DNA of 64,000 bases, from positions 50,439,380 to 50,503,379 of the forward strand of contig NC_057718.1 in the NCBI RefSeq assembly GCF_004010195.1, written 5' to 3'. This stretch comes from Chiloscyllium plagiosum. Its lineage: Eukaryota. Positions 12,501 through 25,676 of the stretch are shown piece by piece (the first letter of the stretch is position 1; each line of letters starts with the position of its first letter). Both the position numbers and the translations under genes were made by a program. The notes beneath the pieces are model-generated. The model worked only from the letters and a program-made list of their open reading frames with translations, made no database searches and was not told where the DNA came from.

Positions 12501-14807
12501 TGCAAACTAAACCTGACGTTAAATACAACAACCACAAGGCGGCAGACATGGTTTAAAATAGTGAATATCACTCTGCTCTGCTCATTTGAAATTCAAATTT
12601 TAACTGTTTTTTCTCAATATCAAATCATCTTATTTTAACGTACATTAAACATTCTCAATTTAAGTCCAAATTTATCCATCTTATTTCACAAATGAATAAG
12701 CATGTTATAAAACAATAATATTGTTTAAATAGATGCCATATGCTTAAGTATAGTGAAGAATTATAATTTTATCTTAGAATTGCCATAATTATAGAAACCA
12801 GATTTCTTCTAACCTGGTGAAGACAAAGGTTGGCTGGAACCAACATTTTTCCTTTCCATTTTGAACGAGTTATTTGTAAATCCCTCCTTGTTGCCATGCT
12901 ATGTCATTGTTTTATCTCATAAATTATAATCCCTGTATAATTAGTGGTCCAGCTTTCTTGAAACCAGGAAAATACTTCTGTCGGTAACAATTAGGTTAGC
13001 AAGATATTGTACTAATGGAAAGAGGCTGCACAATTGATTAGAAATTAAAGTAAATGATGACTTCATGACTGCATGATTTAATCAGGATGAACAATCTTGC
13101 CTTGGATGTTTAAATGTGTGTTTTGTGATGCTCCCTGTACCTTATCATACATTTATCAGCAAGATCTTGCTTTTGTCGTGGTGGAGATGCTAAAGTGTAC
13201 TTTAAAATGAGGCACACACAATCAGTGGCCCATACAAAATAATATGGAAGAAAAGTTGTGTATAGCACAAACATGCCAAATAATGGTAGCAGCAAAATGT
13301 ATTTGGAGATGTGTAAACATCTTTTGCCCATTCCTCAGGAATGTTTTGGATTAATCTATGATGGTAGTAAACAAAAATTGCCCCAATCAACTGAGCACTT
13401 TACAGGTCAATGATGGGCAGTCAGCCACACCTAGAATCACAGGAGTAATAGCCCTGCTGGCTGAGTGCCCATCACTGCCAATCAGTGGAAGTGATAGCTG
13501 CTGTTGGTTCAGGCCTGAAGATTGTCACTGGATCCCAGGCCAATGGTGAGGGATGGCAGGAGGATACTTGCAAGGTGGAAGTTGCTGGAGAAGGGTAAGA
13601 TAGGTGATTAGCATTCTTGGTCACTTGATCAGGCACAAAACATTTGTGAATGAGGGACCCACCGTACTGGGAGCCCACAAGGAACCACACCACCAAACTC
13701 ACCAGCGATGAAAAGCCCAAGATTCTACTCAGTGTGTTTGTTTCAGTGGTATCACAAAGTGAATATGAGGAATTAATCTAGAATAATGTGCAAAATTGCT
13801 GAAACAATTCATAATCAATACAATCAAGGCATCAAATGAGACAAAAAAGATATATCAATGAAGACCGAATAACGGTCAATAATGGAAGTAAAGAGAAGTG
13901 AAATTGAGTAAGAGAAAATAAACCTGAAGATGTAGACAGGAGCCATAGATATTGAAAGTGAAAATGAAGTGAACTTAAGATGGTAAGAAGGGAAATAGAT
14001 GAGAAGAAAAGCCAAAAGGAAAGCAGAGGATTAGGTTAAATGCAGATAATGAAAAGGTCAACAGAAAGAACTATTATAGGGTGGATAAAATGGACAAAAT
14101 TCATTTTTAAAATGATCAAGTTGCTGTAGGTGAGATGTCAAATTACAGATTGCTAATTTAATTTTTCATGTTAGCGAGTTCTTGATTATATCTTTATGAA
14201 GCTTAGGAAACATCTCTCACTCCAAGAGAAGGAAAATGTTCCAAGTTGCCACAAATCATTACTATTCATCACTTCAGTAGAATAGGTCACATTTTAATGC
14301 GTTTGTATATTAGACTGGATACCATGTAGTTAAACATATGGGGAAATCATAAATACACCTCTTAAATACATTGTGCAGAAAAGAATGTGTGTAAAAGCTT
14401 ATTTTATGAAGTCAAGCAGAAAAGTAATAAAATAATGAGGCACAAAACACAGTATGCTGCAATGAGGCTTCATTGCACAGAATTCATTTTTATAGATTGG
14501 TTATTATGAGTTGTACACCCTGAGAAAATGATGGTAAGTTATGTTACACAACCGCATTCAACAATTTTTGATATTCCAAAAAAGGACATTTTCCCACAAC
14601 TTAAATTTAAATGCCAGTCAATGTAAGGAAAATTTTATTGTAAATCTGCAAAGCTAGTATTCCATTTAAAACTTTAGAGTTCAGTCACAATTCATGATAA
14701 TTATGAAGTATTAATGTCCACAATATTGCTGCTTTATGTGATGTATTTTAGCTTTACAAAAGTATTTAAATAAAAAAAACTTGCTTTAGTATCTAAATAT
14801 ATTGGAT

Positions 14808-15153
14808 TCCATAGAATCCCTACAGCATGAAAGCAGGCTAGTCAGCCCATCAAATATTCATCGATCCTCCGAAAAGCATCCCACGCAGATCCACCCCATC
14901 CCTGTAGCCCTGCATTTCCCGTGGCAATCCACCTAACCTGCACATCCCTGGACACTGTGGGCAATGTAGCATGGCCAATCCACCAAGCCTGCACATCTTT
15001 GGGCTACAGAGGGAAACCAGAGTGCCCAGAGAAACCCATGCACACACAGGGAAAATGTGCAAACTCTACAGGGACAGTTACCTGAGGGTGAAATCAAAGC
15101 CAGGTTCCTGGCACTGGGCGGTATCAGTGCTAACCATTGAGCTACTGTGCTGC
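14808..15153 (-). mobile_element. Older HE1-type SINE
   Basis: Diverged reverse complement of 11817-12134 with a duplicated ctgcacatc segment. Confidence 0.8.
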
Positions 15154-16004
15154 CTGAACAGAAATAAAGTAATTTTATATGCAGATCTGTGCATGCACGT
15201 GTAATTTAACAGTGTAAATTAAAGTTTTCTTTAGGTGCAAAGTAAGTTCTGAACTATTATTCCATTTTAAGACTGTGTTTCCAAAATGAACTGCCTCCTA
15301 GAACATTAGGGTCTGATTATGAATTCACATTGTATAATATCTCGAGTTAACAGAAAACAAATGAGCTGAAATCAATCTGATCACTGCTGCAAGTTCAGTT
15401 CCCGTTCTTTCTTTTATTGCTCCAGCTCTGAGTTATCTGATTCACATTACTAACCAGGCTGAATAAATGTGCAACCACAGGAAATTATTGCACACACTGA
15501 GAGGTTTGATGTCATCAAAAATTATCTCATCAGAGCTCACGCATCCACTCAGGCAGATACCTGCATGTACACAGGTTCCCAGAAATAAACCAGTGTGTCA
15601 GATAAGCATAACACGGTAGGTGCAAATACTGTGGCCTGGTAAAATGCTTGAACAATGCTTCCTCGCTGATTCAGGGTTAGACCAGTTTTGCTGTATAAGA
15701 ACAGTGTTAGACTTCTAATTAGAAAGATGTCCAGAATCAGAAATATTACTGCAACAATGTATGCAAATTTGTTTTTCCTATTTGGCTGCTCCTTTTAATT
15801 TTCTGGATTACACATTTACTTTTGGAGACATTAAAGGATTGCCATACCATTAATCATTGGATCATTGTGGATGTGGTGCAGAACCAGTGTCAAAGAAATC
15901 TTTTGGAAGCCATGCTTTGTTACAATATTTTTTCTTCTATTTGAAGCAATCATTCTTGAATGCATAAATATTGCATAATTAAATGAGACAAGTAACTCAT
16001 GCTA

Positions 16005-16230
16005 TGGGAATTAGTTTAGCTCAGTTGGTTGGATGGTTGGTTTACAGAGCAGTGTGATGCCAACAGTGTGGGTTTAATTCCCATCACCGGTTTGAGGTTA
16101 CCATGAAGGGCTCTCCTTTTCAACTTCTTCTCTCGCCTGAAGTCTGGTGGCCCTCAAGTTAAATCACCACAGTTGCTTCTCTCTAATGTGAGCGTAGCCT
16201 CTATGGTCTGGTAAGGCTATGGTGACACAA
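16005..16230 (+). mobile_element. tRNA-derived SINE
   Basis: TAGCTCAGTTGG A box and GGTTTAATTCC B box; decayed relatives near 6355-6480 and 24325-24560. Confidence 0.65.
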
Positions 16231-16459
16231 TTCATGCTATTATTAAAATCAAAATGGACTACTTTTGTTTTAGCTCTTTTGAAGAGGCCAGATGGGGGAG
16301 TCATCAGAAAAAAAAGGAAGAGATGTGGGTCAAGCGTGAAGATAGACTTAAAAATAAATTGCTAAAATTAAGAATCTGAAAGTAAGAGCTTTGTCTAGTG
16401 TTTGATTTAGAGTGTTTTTTTAATATGTATTGCTCTTGAAAGTAGATAATTGAACACTA

Positions 16460-16715
16460 CACATTCTGTTTGGATTGGATATGTGGAAAGACTACACTTT
16501 TATTTTGATGTAAATGAATTTATAGCAGATACCAAAAAGAGAGCACTTTTATTTAAGATCTGCAGTCCTCCAAAATGCATTTAAATGAAGAATCTGATTG
16601 CTCCTGTCTAGTCAAAAGGCAAAACATATAATGAGATTATCTATGTGGTTTAAAAATATTTTCACTCAAAGCCAGTCACTGAAATTACCCAAGCTCAACA
16701 AAGGAAGCAGTAGGA
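16460..16715 (+). pseudogene. Possible Gypsy gag N-terminal relic
   Basis: Remnant FYFDVNEFIADTKKRALLFKIC..NLIAP..KTYNEII..F..KP resembles the Gypsy gag N-terminus. Confidence 0.4.
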
Positions 16716-16864
16716 TAATACAACTACTGAAATTTCTGTTTAAAATCAATTTAGCTGATTGTGTCTAATCCCAGACACCACAAATCATGAAGGACTATTG
16801 ACCATGGAAGGTATGCAATGCAGATTTACCATAATGATACCAGAGCTGTAATGATGGCCAATAT

Positions 16865-16976
16865 ATTACTTTTAAGTCAACCTGCTCAGAGATGCTATTA
16901 CACACCTTTGGAGTAGGTGGGACTTGAATCCAGATGGCCTGGTCAGGGACACTAGCACTGAACCACAAGAGCCCTC
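16865..16976 (-). mobile_element. Short tRNA-derived repeat
   Basis: Reverse complement matches 24812-24905 (GGGCTCTTGT..CAGTG..TTCAAGTCCCACCT..CATCTCTGAGCAGGTT). Confidence 0.6.
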
Positions 16977-17539
16977 TTAGCTTATATTCTATTCACACAG
17001 ATGTGATAGGCTGCAATGTCATAGCTGTTTAAGAAGTTTAAAGATATTGTTTGAAAAATGCGTAATTTGTTGAAGTTTTTCATGCACCCATTGTGACAAT
17101 TTGCAAGAAATACCAAAGTAAAGGGGAATTAAGATTCATTCAGTATGAGAAGAGAGTACTGAATAGTTAGCGAGTGTAATTTGATTTGTAGAGATGTTGC
17201 CTTGGGGAATGCATCAGCTAATGATGGTTGACAATTAACGACCAAGTTTTGTTTAAGTTTTTACTTGACCAGATTGGCTTTGATTGGTCAAGGCACTGGC
17301 CAAAGAAATAAACCAATTTATTTAGTTGAAAGAGGCATAGCTTGTGCACATGTTATTTCCATCTGCAATGAACAGCATCCTGTTCCCTAATAAATGTAGT
17401 TTCCAGTACATACAAACGCATCATACTGTGAGCCCAATGGACAGTCCTAAATTAATTGTCAGCATAATTCTTTGCACACTCAGAATTATTCAGCAAAAGT
17501 TGCTCAGTCACGGAATGTTCAATACCGTGTTTTGAACAG

Positions 17540-19880
17540 CCTGAAGGGTGTGCTGTTCAATAAAATCCAGACACCACCATCACCATCCCTGGATATATTC
17601 TTTCTCCCCTCAGAACAAATCTAGTAATCATGATGGCACAATGCTACACAGTTGGGGGAGTTATTGGTCTGGGAGTCCTTAACATTGACTCCAAACTCCA
17701 TGACGTCTCATGGCTTCACGTTAAACATGGGCAAGGAAACCTCCATCTACCATGTACCATCCTCTCTCAGCTGATGAACCAATCAGTACTTCTCCATGTT
17801 GAACAACAGTTGGAGGAAACATTGAGAGTAGAAGAGTACATATGTGCTCTGCGTAGGAGATTTCCATATTCACCATCAAGTGTGGCTCAGCAGCAGCATT
17901 GCTGATCAAGCTGGTTGGGTCCTAAAGGGCACAGCTGCTGGACTGGATCTACAGCAGGTAGTGAGGGAACTAACAAGAGGGAAAAACGTACTTGACCACA
18001 TCCTTATCAGTCTGCCAACTGTAGATGCATCTGTCCACAACAGCATCAGTAAGAGTGACTACCTCATCGTGCTTGTGGATATTGTGATCCGCCTTTATAT
18101 TGAGGATGTCCTCCATCATGTTGAGTGGCCCTATCACTGTCCTGTGTCTGCGACAGACTTCAAACAGGTCTACTAACTCAAGTCTTGGGATCAGTAAAGT
18201 GCAGTGGGTCATCAACAGGAGCAGAATTGTACTCCAAGTCAGTCGACAACCTCATGGCCCAGCATATCCTCCACTCAAACACTACCATCAAGGGGATTAA
18301 CCCTGGTTCAATGGAGAATGCAGGAGGTCATGTCAGGAACAACATGCATACCTAAAAATGAGACAACAACAGGACTACTTGCATGCAGCATAAACAACAA
18401 GTGATAGATAGGCCTCAGTGATCCGACAACCAATTGATCTGACCTAAACTCTGCAGTCCTGCTGCATCCAGTCATGACTTGTGGTGGGCAATTAAACAAC
18501 TCACTGGAGGAGGAGACTCCACAAATAGCCCAATTCTCTATGATGGAAGAGCCCAACACATCAGGTCAAAACGTAAGGCTGAAGTATTCATAGCAATCTT
18601 CAACCAGAAGTGCTGAGTGCATGATTGATCTCAGCCTATGTCAGTGGATTGCAGGATCACAGATTCCTGTCTTCACGCAATTTAATTCCACATGATACCA
18701 TGAAACAGTTAGAGGCACTGGATACTGCAAAGGCTATTGGCCCTGTCAACATTTGGGCAATAGAACTGAAGATGTGTGCTCCAGAACATTGTGCTCCCCT
18801 AGCCAAGCTCTTCCAGGACAGTCACAACACTGACATCTACCAGCCAATGTGGAAAATTGCCCACGTATATTCTGTACACAAAAAAATGACAAATCCAACA
18901 AATTACAGTCCCACCTGACAACTCTCAGTCATCAGTAAAGTGATTGAAAGTGTTATCGCCAGTGCTATCAAGCAGCACCTGCTCAGCAATGACCTACTCA
19001 GTAACGTCAATGTTCCACCACGGCCAATCATCTTCTGACCTCATCATACCTTTGGTTCAAGCGTGGACAAAAGAGCTGAATTCCAGATGTTAGTTGACAG
19101 TGACAGCCCTTGCCATCAAGGCAACATTCAACTGTGTATGGCATTAAGAAGTTTGAGCAAAACTAGAATCAATGGGTATCAAGAGGCAACTCTCTGCTGA
19201 TAGAAGTCATGCCTGGCAAGTAGAAAGATGGTTAGGTTGCAGGAAGTCTATCATCTCAGCGCCATGACATCTCTGCAGGAATTCCTCAAGGTAGTCGGCC
19301 CAACCATCTTCAACTGCTTCAACAATGACCTTTCCTCCATCGTAAGGTCAAAAGTGGGGATATTAAGTGATAATTGCACAATGTTCAGCATTCACAGGAA
19401 TGTGGTTTACTCTTAACTGCCAGCTGGGCAATAACTGCTGGCCAGCCAATGATGCCCTCACCCTGTCAATGAATTAAAAAAAAACATTTGCAACTCCTCA
19501 GATATACAAGTCCATGTCCAAATGCAACATGATCTGGACAATATTCAGGCTTGGGCTGATAAGTGGCAAGCAACATTGACACTACATAAATGACCATCTC
19601 CTGTCACAGACAATCTAACCACCACTCCTTGGTGTTCAATGATTTGGTCATCATTGAATCCACTACTATAAACATCCTGAGGGTTAACATTGACCAGAAA
19701 CTCAGCTGAACTCACCACATAAACACAGTGTCTGCAGGAGGTAACTCACCTCCTGAATCCCCAAATCCTGGCCACCATCAATAAAGCACAAGTCAGGATT
19801 GTGATGGAATACTTCCCTCTTGCCAGGATGGGTGCAGCTCCAACAATACTCAAGAAGATTGACACTATCCAGGATGAAAC
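17540..19880 (+). mobile_element. CR1/L2-group LINE family B, ORF2 (APE endonuclease + RT), decayed
   Basis: VGDFHIHH, LTRGKNVLDHIL, SDY, KAIGP, WKIAHV..VHKK, NY.P and GPTIFNCFNNDL motifs with many stops and frameshifts. Confidence 0.85.
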
Positions 19881-20049
19881 AGTCTTTTTCTCTCTATCCA
19901 AATGTGCAGGCTCTTTCCGCGAATGATATGATATTAGTAAAGGAGTAGTTGCATTCATCAGATATTTGGCACAGGTTGATGACCTTTGTAATCATAGGAC
20001 TGCATGTGAAATACATGAGTGTTCAACTTTATGGTACAGTTTCTAGTCA

Positions 20050-20870
20050 TGAGCAACCTTGACACGTCTTGGATCAGTACAAATGGATCATAGTCATCTC
20101 TGTGAAACAGGAATAAACATAGGTGACCTCAAAAGTGCCAGCCTGCAGAACACAATTCACAAAGACTACCCAAGATCTCATAGATAGTGCAAGGACATGG
20201 AACTGATTTCCTTTCACCTTGGACAATTTTGGTCCCTTTAAAGAAAGGTTATTGGCATTGGAGCCAGTCCAGAAAATGTTCACGAGGTTGATTCTGGCTA
20301 TGGAGGAATTTTCTTATGAGGAGAGATCGAGTTGCTTGGGCTTTAGAAGAGTTTAGAAGAATGAGAGGTGACTTCATTGAAACATGCAAATTTTAAGGTC
20401 TTTGATAGGATTGATCGAGAAAAGTTTTTTTGTCTCTGAGAGGGTTTAGGATCAGAGGGCATAATTAGATTCCCTAGAGTGTGGAAACAAGCCATTTGGC
20501 CCAACCGGTCCACACTGACCCTCTGAAGAGTAAACCACCCGGACCCATTTCCTTCTGACTAATGCACTTAACACTTTGGGCAATTTAGCATGGCCAATCC
20601 ACCTGACCTGCACATTTTTGGGTTGTGGAAGGAAACCTTGCAGACACAGGCAGTTGCCCCGGCTGGAATCAAATCGAAGTCCTGGTGCTGTGAGACTGTA
20701 GTGAGACTGTAGTGCTAACCACTGAGCCACTGTGCCGTAATCTCAGGGTAAGGGAAACCTGAAAATTTTTTTTCTTCTTCAGAGATTGTCAAGCTATAGA
20801 ATTATTTACCTCAGAAATTTGTTGAGCCTGGTCATGAAATTTATTCAAGAAACAGAAAAACAGGTTTTTA
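20050..20870 (+). mobile_element. Decayed CR1 3' fragment interrupted by an HE1 SINE
   Basis: LEPVQKMFTRLI..SYEER..RMRGD remnants. Confidence 0.7.
20465..20737 (-). mobile_element. HE1-type SINE
   Basis: Reverse complement of HE1 head and tail, with an internal deletion. Confidence 0.85.
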
Positions 20871-21264
20871 ACCTCTTTTCTCTAAACTATCCAAGCTTCT
20901 AAGGTTGTCATTGGTATTACCTGCCTTCTGCCACTTGGTCCAATTGGGGACAACTTTCCAAACATATTGACATGAAATGTAACTTGTTGAGTACAAACTG
21001 GGAATCGTGGGTGAGATCCCAATGATTTTCTGTCTGTTACAGAGGAAAAGTCATGACAGTGCCTGTGATTATTCCAATATGTGCTCTGAGTGCCTAAACA
21101 TCTTCACTGTGTTATCTAGAAGAGCATTTGAGTATTGCACTTGAATGACATTGGGAAAGCTATAGCATATATTATCATCTTCACTGCTTGATGGAATACA
21201 ACACCTGACTTATATGGAATTTAACTCAGTTTTCTTTCTATTAAAATAACTGTTCCCATTAGTC

Positions 21265-21490
21265 ATGATTCGGAGATGCTGGTGTTGGACTGGTATGTAC
21301 AAAGTTAAAAATCACACAACACCAGGTTATAGTCCAACAGGTTTAATTGGAAGCACACTAGCTTTCGGAGCGACGCTCCTTCATCAGGTGATTATGGAGG
21401 GCTCGATCGTAACACAGAATTTATAGCAAAAATTTGCAGTGTGATGTAACTGAAATTATACATTGAAGAATTGATTGTCTGTTAACTCCA
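21265..21490 (-). mobile_element. PLE terminal repeat (family D)
   Basis: Highly similar to 10270-10490. Confidence 0.8.
21356..21390 (-). ncRNA. Minimal type I hammerhead ribozyme motif, core intact
   Basis: Minus strand CAC-CTGATGA-A-GGAGC-GTC-GCTCC-GAAA-GC-TA-GTG: full core, 5-bp stem II, 3-bp stem I, palindromic AGCT helix III. Confidence 0.8.
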
Positions 21491-21602
21491 TCACTGGAAG
21501 TTCATCTTCTGGAATTTCATGCAAGACAATGCTGCTTTCAAATACTACATCTCCCTTCACACTTGCACTTCAAAAGTCAAATCTTTTATCATTAATAAAT
21601 GT

Positions 21603-21774
21603 GGAGAAAGTGAGGACTGCAGATGTTGGAGATCAGAGTTGAAGAGTGTGGTGCTGGAAAAGTACAGCTGGTCAGGCAGCATCCGAGGAGCAGGAGAGTC
21701 GACATTTGGAGCATAAGCTCTTCATCAGGAATCCTGACTGGCTGCGTTTTTCTAGCACCATACTCTTCGACTCG
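21603..21774. mobile_element. Palindromic mini-PLE (family A), right arm partly deleted
   Basis: TSD TCATT(A/G)ATAAAT(G/A)T at 21589-21602 and 21775-21788. Confidence 0.85.
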
Positions 21775-22294
21775 TCATTGATAAATATAACTAGCCAACA
21801 AATCTACTTACCTCATGCCCAGGGATAATATTTGATCTTGATATCAGTAAGAAATTAGAGAGGGCACTGCATATACCAATTTTTAACATGAAGCTTCTCA
21901 AGTGTACTCACAAATAACAATTAAAATGAGCATTATTCTACCATATGCTAGTAATTTCACTGACTTCAGCCCCATTACTGATGTAGTACAGATTCTATTC
22001 TCCTTTACTTCTATACTGTGATTTTTCAAAAACATGGTGGTTGCAGATGGTATTACCTGCTAGGCTCACAGCGTCAGCTCTGTTATGAGTGGAGCACAGA
22101 TATACACATGTTCAGATTCCTTTCATAGCTCTGCTTGAAAGGTGATAAACAAGAGATCCAGTTGGTAACATTTTGTTTTAATCAAACTTTCAGTGACGTG
22201 TAATACCTGCTGGCTGGTGACTCTATTGTGTTCGAGTTTCCTAGGATAATTGATCCTAAGTGAAGAATAACTTTATTGCAAAATTGCAACACTA

Positions 22295-24065
22295 TTTTTC
22301 ATTTGTTCATGGGATATGGATTTTGCTAGCTAGGCGAGCATTTATTGTCCATCCTTAATTGTTTTTGGCAGGTTAGTGATGAGATGCCTTACTAAACTGC
22401 AGCAGTTCTCGAGGTGCAAGTGAATCCACAGTGTTGTTGGCAAAACGTTTCTGGGATTTTGATCCAGTGACAAAGAAGAATTAGTAATTTGGTTTCAAGT
22501 CAGGCTTGTCCTGTAACTTGGAGGTAGCAGGTAGTGAGGTTATCACTCCCTTGCCATTTGAGGTGGCAGAGATTACTTCTACAAGGTGGTAGAGATTTGG
22601 ACAAGTGCTGTTCAAGGAGCTGTAGTGACGTTCTGCAGTATGTCTTGTAGATGGTATATACTGCTGCCATTACGCATATGTGTTGGAGAAAATGAAGAGT
22701 GTGCACTGATCAACTGAGCTCAGAGTCGAGAGTGTGGTGCTGGAAAAGCACAGCAGGTCAGGCAACATCTGAGGAGCAAGAGAATTGGCGTTTCGGGCAT
22801 AAGCCCTTCATCAGGAATGAGGCTTGTGGACCAGGGGAGCTGAGAGATAAATGGAATGAGGGTGGAGCTGGGGGAAAGGTAGCTGGGAATGTGACAGGTA
22901 GGTGAAAGTGAGGGGGAAGGTGATGGGTCTAGAGGAGGGTGGAGCGGATAGGTAGGAAGGAAGGTGGACAGGTCAAGAGGACATCATCCTCCGCCACTTT
23001 CGCCACCTACAAACAGACCCCACCACTAGAGGATATATTTCCCTCTCCACCCCTATCATTGTTCTCTGGAGAAAGAATTGCCTCTGTGACTCGCTTGACA
23101 GAGCCACGCCCCCCACCAGCCTATACCCCATTCCCGGGACTTCCCCTGCCAATGCAAGAAGTGCAAAACCTGCATCCCCATCTCCCCCCTCACCTCCTCA
23201 AAGGACCCTTCCACATCCAGAAGAAACTTACCTGTACTTCCACACATGTCATCTTCTGTGTCCACACATGTCATCTACTGTGTCCATTGCATCCAATGTG
23301 GTCTCTTCTACATTGGGGAAACAGGACGCCAACTTGTGATCTTTTCAGAAAACATCTCTGAGACACCCCCATCAACCAACCCCACCACCTGGTGGCCAAA
23401 TACTTTAACTCTCCCTCCCATCCAACTAAGGACATGCAGGTCCTGGGCCTCCTCCATCGCCAAACCCTAACTACCTGACCCCTGGAGGAAGGACACTTTG
23501 CAACCACATGGGATCACGTGGATTTCACCAATTTCCTCATTTCCCTTCCTCCACCTTATCCCAGTCTCAAGCCTCCAACTTGGCACCACCCTCTTGACCT
23601 GTCCATCTTCCTTCCCACCTATCTGCACCACCCTCCTCTCCAACCTATTACCTTCCCCCCCCAACCTTCATCTACCTATCACATACCCCACTACCTTTCT
23701 CTGAGCCCTACCCCCTCCAATTTATCTGTCAGCACCCCTGGCCCACAAACCTCATTCCTGATTCAGGGCTTATGCCCAAAATGTCAATTCTCCTGCTCCT
23801 CGGATGCTGCCTGACCTATTGTGCTTTTCCAGCACCACACTCTCGACTCTGATCTCCAACATCTGCAATCCTCATTTTCTCCTACCTAATCAATTGAGCT
23901 GTTTGTCCTCCATGGTTTGAATTTCTTGAGAGTTGTTGGAGTTGCATCCATTTGGGCAAGTGGAGGGTATTCCTTAACATTCCTGACTTGCACCATATGG
24001 TTGGTGGACAGATTGTAAGGAGGCAGAAGCTGAGTTACACCCCACAGAATTTCTACCATGCTCAG
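22295..24065 (-). mobile_element. LINE family B 3' end, split by the PLE at 22721-23885
   Basis: Reverse complement of the 12140-12500-type 3' end at 22295-22720, resuming at 23886. Confidence 0.7.
22721..23885 (+). mobile_element. 5'-truncated PLE (family A) with inverted terminal repeat
   Basis: GIY-YIG remnant VIYCVHCIQCGLFYIGETGRQL; inverted left arm 22721-22980; TSD CT(G/A)ATCAA(C/T)TGAGCT at 22706-22720 and 23886-23900. Confidence 0.9.
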
Positions 24066-24119
24066 TATATAATCCCATATCTTGATACTGAATTCCACAC
24101 AGAATGTTACCATTGGGGC

Positions 24120-24250
24120 GAGAGAAAGTGAGGACTACAGATGCTGGAGATCAGAGCCAAAACTTGTGGTGCTAGAAATGCATAGCTGGTCAGGCAGCAT
24201 CCGAGGAGCAGGAGAGTCAATGTTTCGAGCATAAGCCCTTCATCAGGAAT
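24120..24250 (-). mobile_element. Solo PLE terminal repeat (family A)
   Basis: gagaaagtgaggac...aagcccttcatcaggaat. Confidence 0.85.
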
Positions 24251-25550
24251 TGGAAAACCTACTTAAAACAAATTCAACAACATTAGAGTAAAAGGTTTTA
24301 CTCTCCTTACCTTTTTAAAAATCACAAAGTAAATGTCTTCTATACAACTGCACACAGCTTTGAATCCTGGCAATTTTGTTTTATCAGAGTCAGTTGACTA
24401 GATGCTGAAATGTGTTGCAGAATGATGCCAGTGCCCAATGCCAGTTGTGATAGTTCATGGAAAGCTGCCCCATTGCCTTGCCCATGTTTGGTTCATAGCA
24501 GTGCTCCTCAAGCTAGACACAGCTTCTCTCTCACTCTCTTTCCCTATCTCTCTCTCAATTGTTCATCTATTTGTTGAAAGGTAGATGATGCACCCTGTTG
24601 ACATATTCCATCAGACAAGGACCAAAATAATAATGTGAATATTCAAATCATATTATGATTTTTACAAAAGATCTTTGCATCATTGAAAGAGACACTTGTT
24701 TATTGTACTCATAATTTTAACATCCATTTTAAACCCTGGGATTTTGTAAAACTGGCAGCTGGAGGATCTCTTTTTGTTTTTTGATATCAATTTTGGTGAA
24801 GGGTTTTAACAGGGGCTCTTGTATTGCAGTGGCAGTGTCTCTAGCATTGAACCAGCAAGCCCAGATTCAAGTCCCACCTATACACTAACATCTCTGAGCA
24901 GGTTAATTGTACTAAGTTGTTGGATCTTATATTTGTTATCAGAAAGAGAAGAGGTAGAATAGTGAGGAAATCATTGTAACCATTATTGGCATCATGGGCA
25001 CCAATTTAAATATCCATTCCTGATGAGCAATGTATGTCCCTAATTGCCAACTAAATCACTTGTGGCCATTGACACAACTAAAACAGAGTTAAGAGAATGT
25101 CAGGCCTTTGTTAGCTCCTTCAAAGCCAACTGTGACCATTTTCTTCTGCATGTTGTTCGGAGCAAAATCATGTATTTGGAAGGAGATCAATTTTCAAAGT
25201 CTTCCTATGATCTATCAGTTTAAGCTACAGTTTCAGAATCTAAAAGTTTGGCAATGAACAAAGATTTTCTTTGAAATTTGATGCAATGGAAATGAAAATT
25301 CACAAGATTTTCAAAAGTTCATCTCAATGAATTTACTCTAGTTATTGTAAATCAGGCTATGCAACCAAATGAATGAGGACAACAGAGGGAAAATACATGT
25401 AAATGGGATTTCTGTGAGATTTTCAATTCTTTAGAGACTGCAGCAACATTCTGCATTACATCAAATATTAATGTTTTCCATTTGCTGTAAGGCAGAAAAT
25501 AAACAGAATGGTCTTTCAAATATTCTTTAATTTTTTTTATTATTATTTAG

Positions 25551-25676
25551 CTTAGGGATTTAGATTGTTTGAGCTATATATTCACAATCCCAAAGAGAGT
25601 TAAAGAATATCTTATATCATCAGAAAATGAGAATGATGAACCTTCAGAACTTGAAAACAAAATCATCCCAGCAGAG
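25551..25676 (+). CDS. Candidate internal coding exon of an unidentified host gene (LRDLDCLSYIFTIPKRVKEYLISSENENDEPSELENKIIPAE)
   Basis: T-rich tract plus TTTAG acceptor at 25550; GAG|GTTATG donor; 126 bp, open in phase 0; non-repetitive. Confidence 0.5.

Noticed and set aside
14496..14533. 38-bp segment between TTTTTATAG and a consensus G|GTAAGT donor
   Set aside because: Stop codons in all three frames; no support as a coding exon
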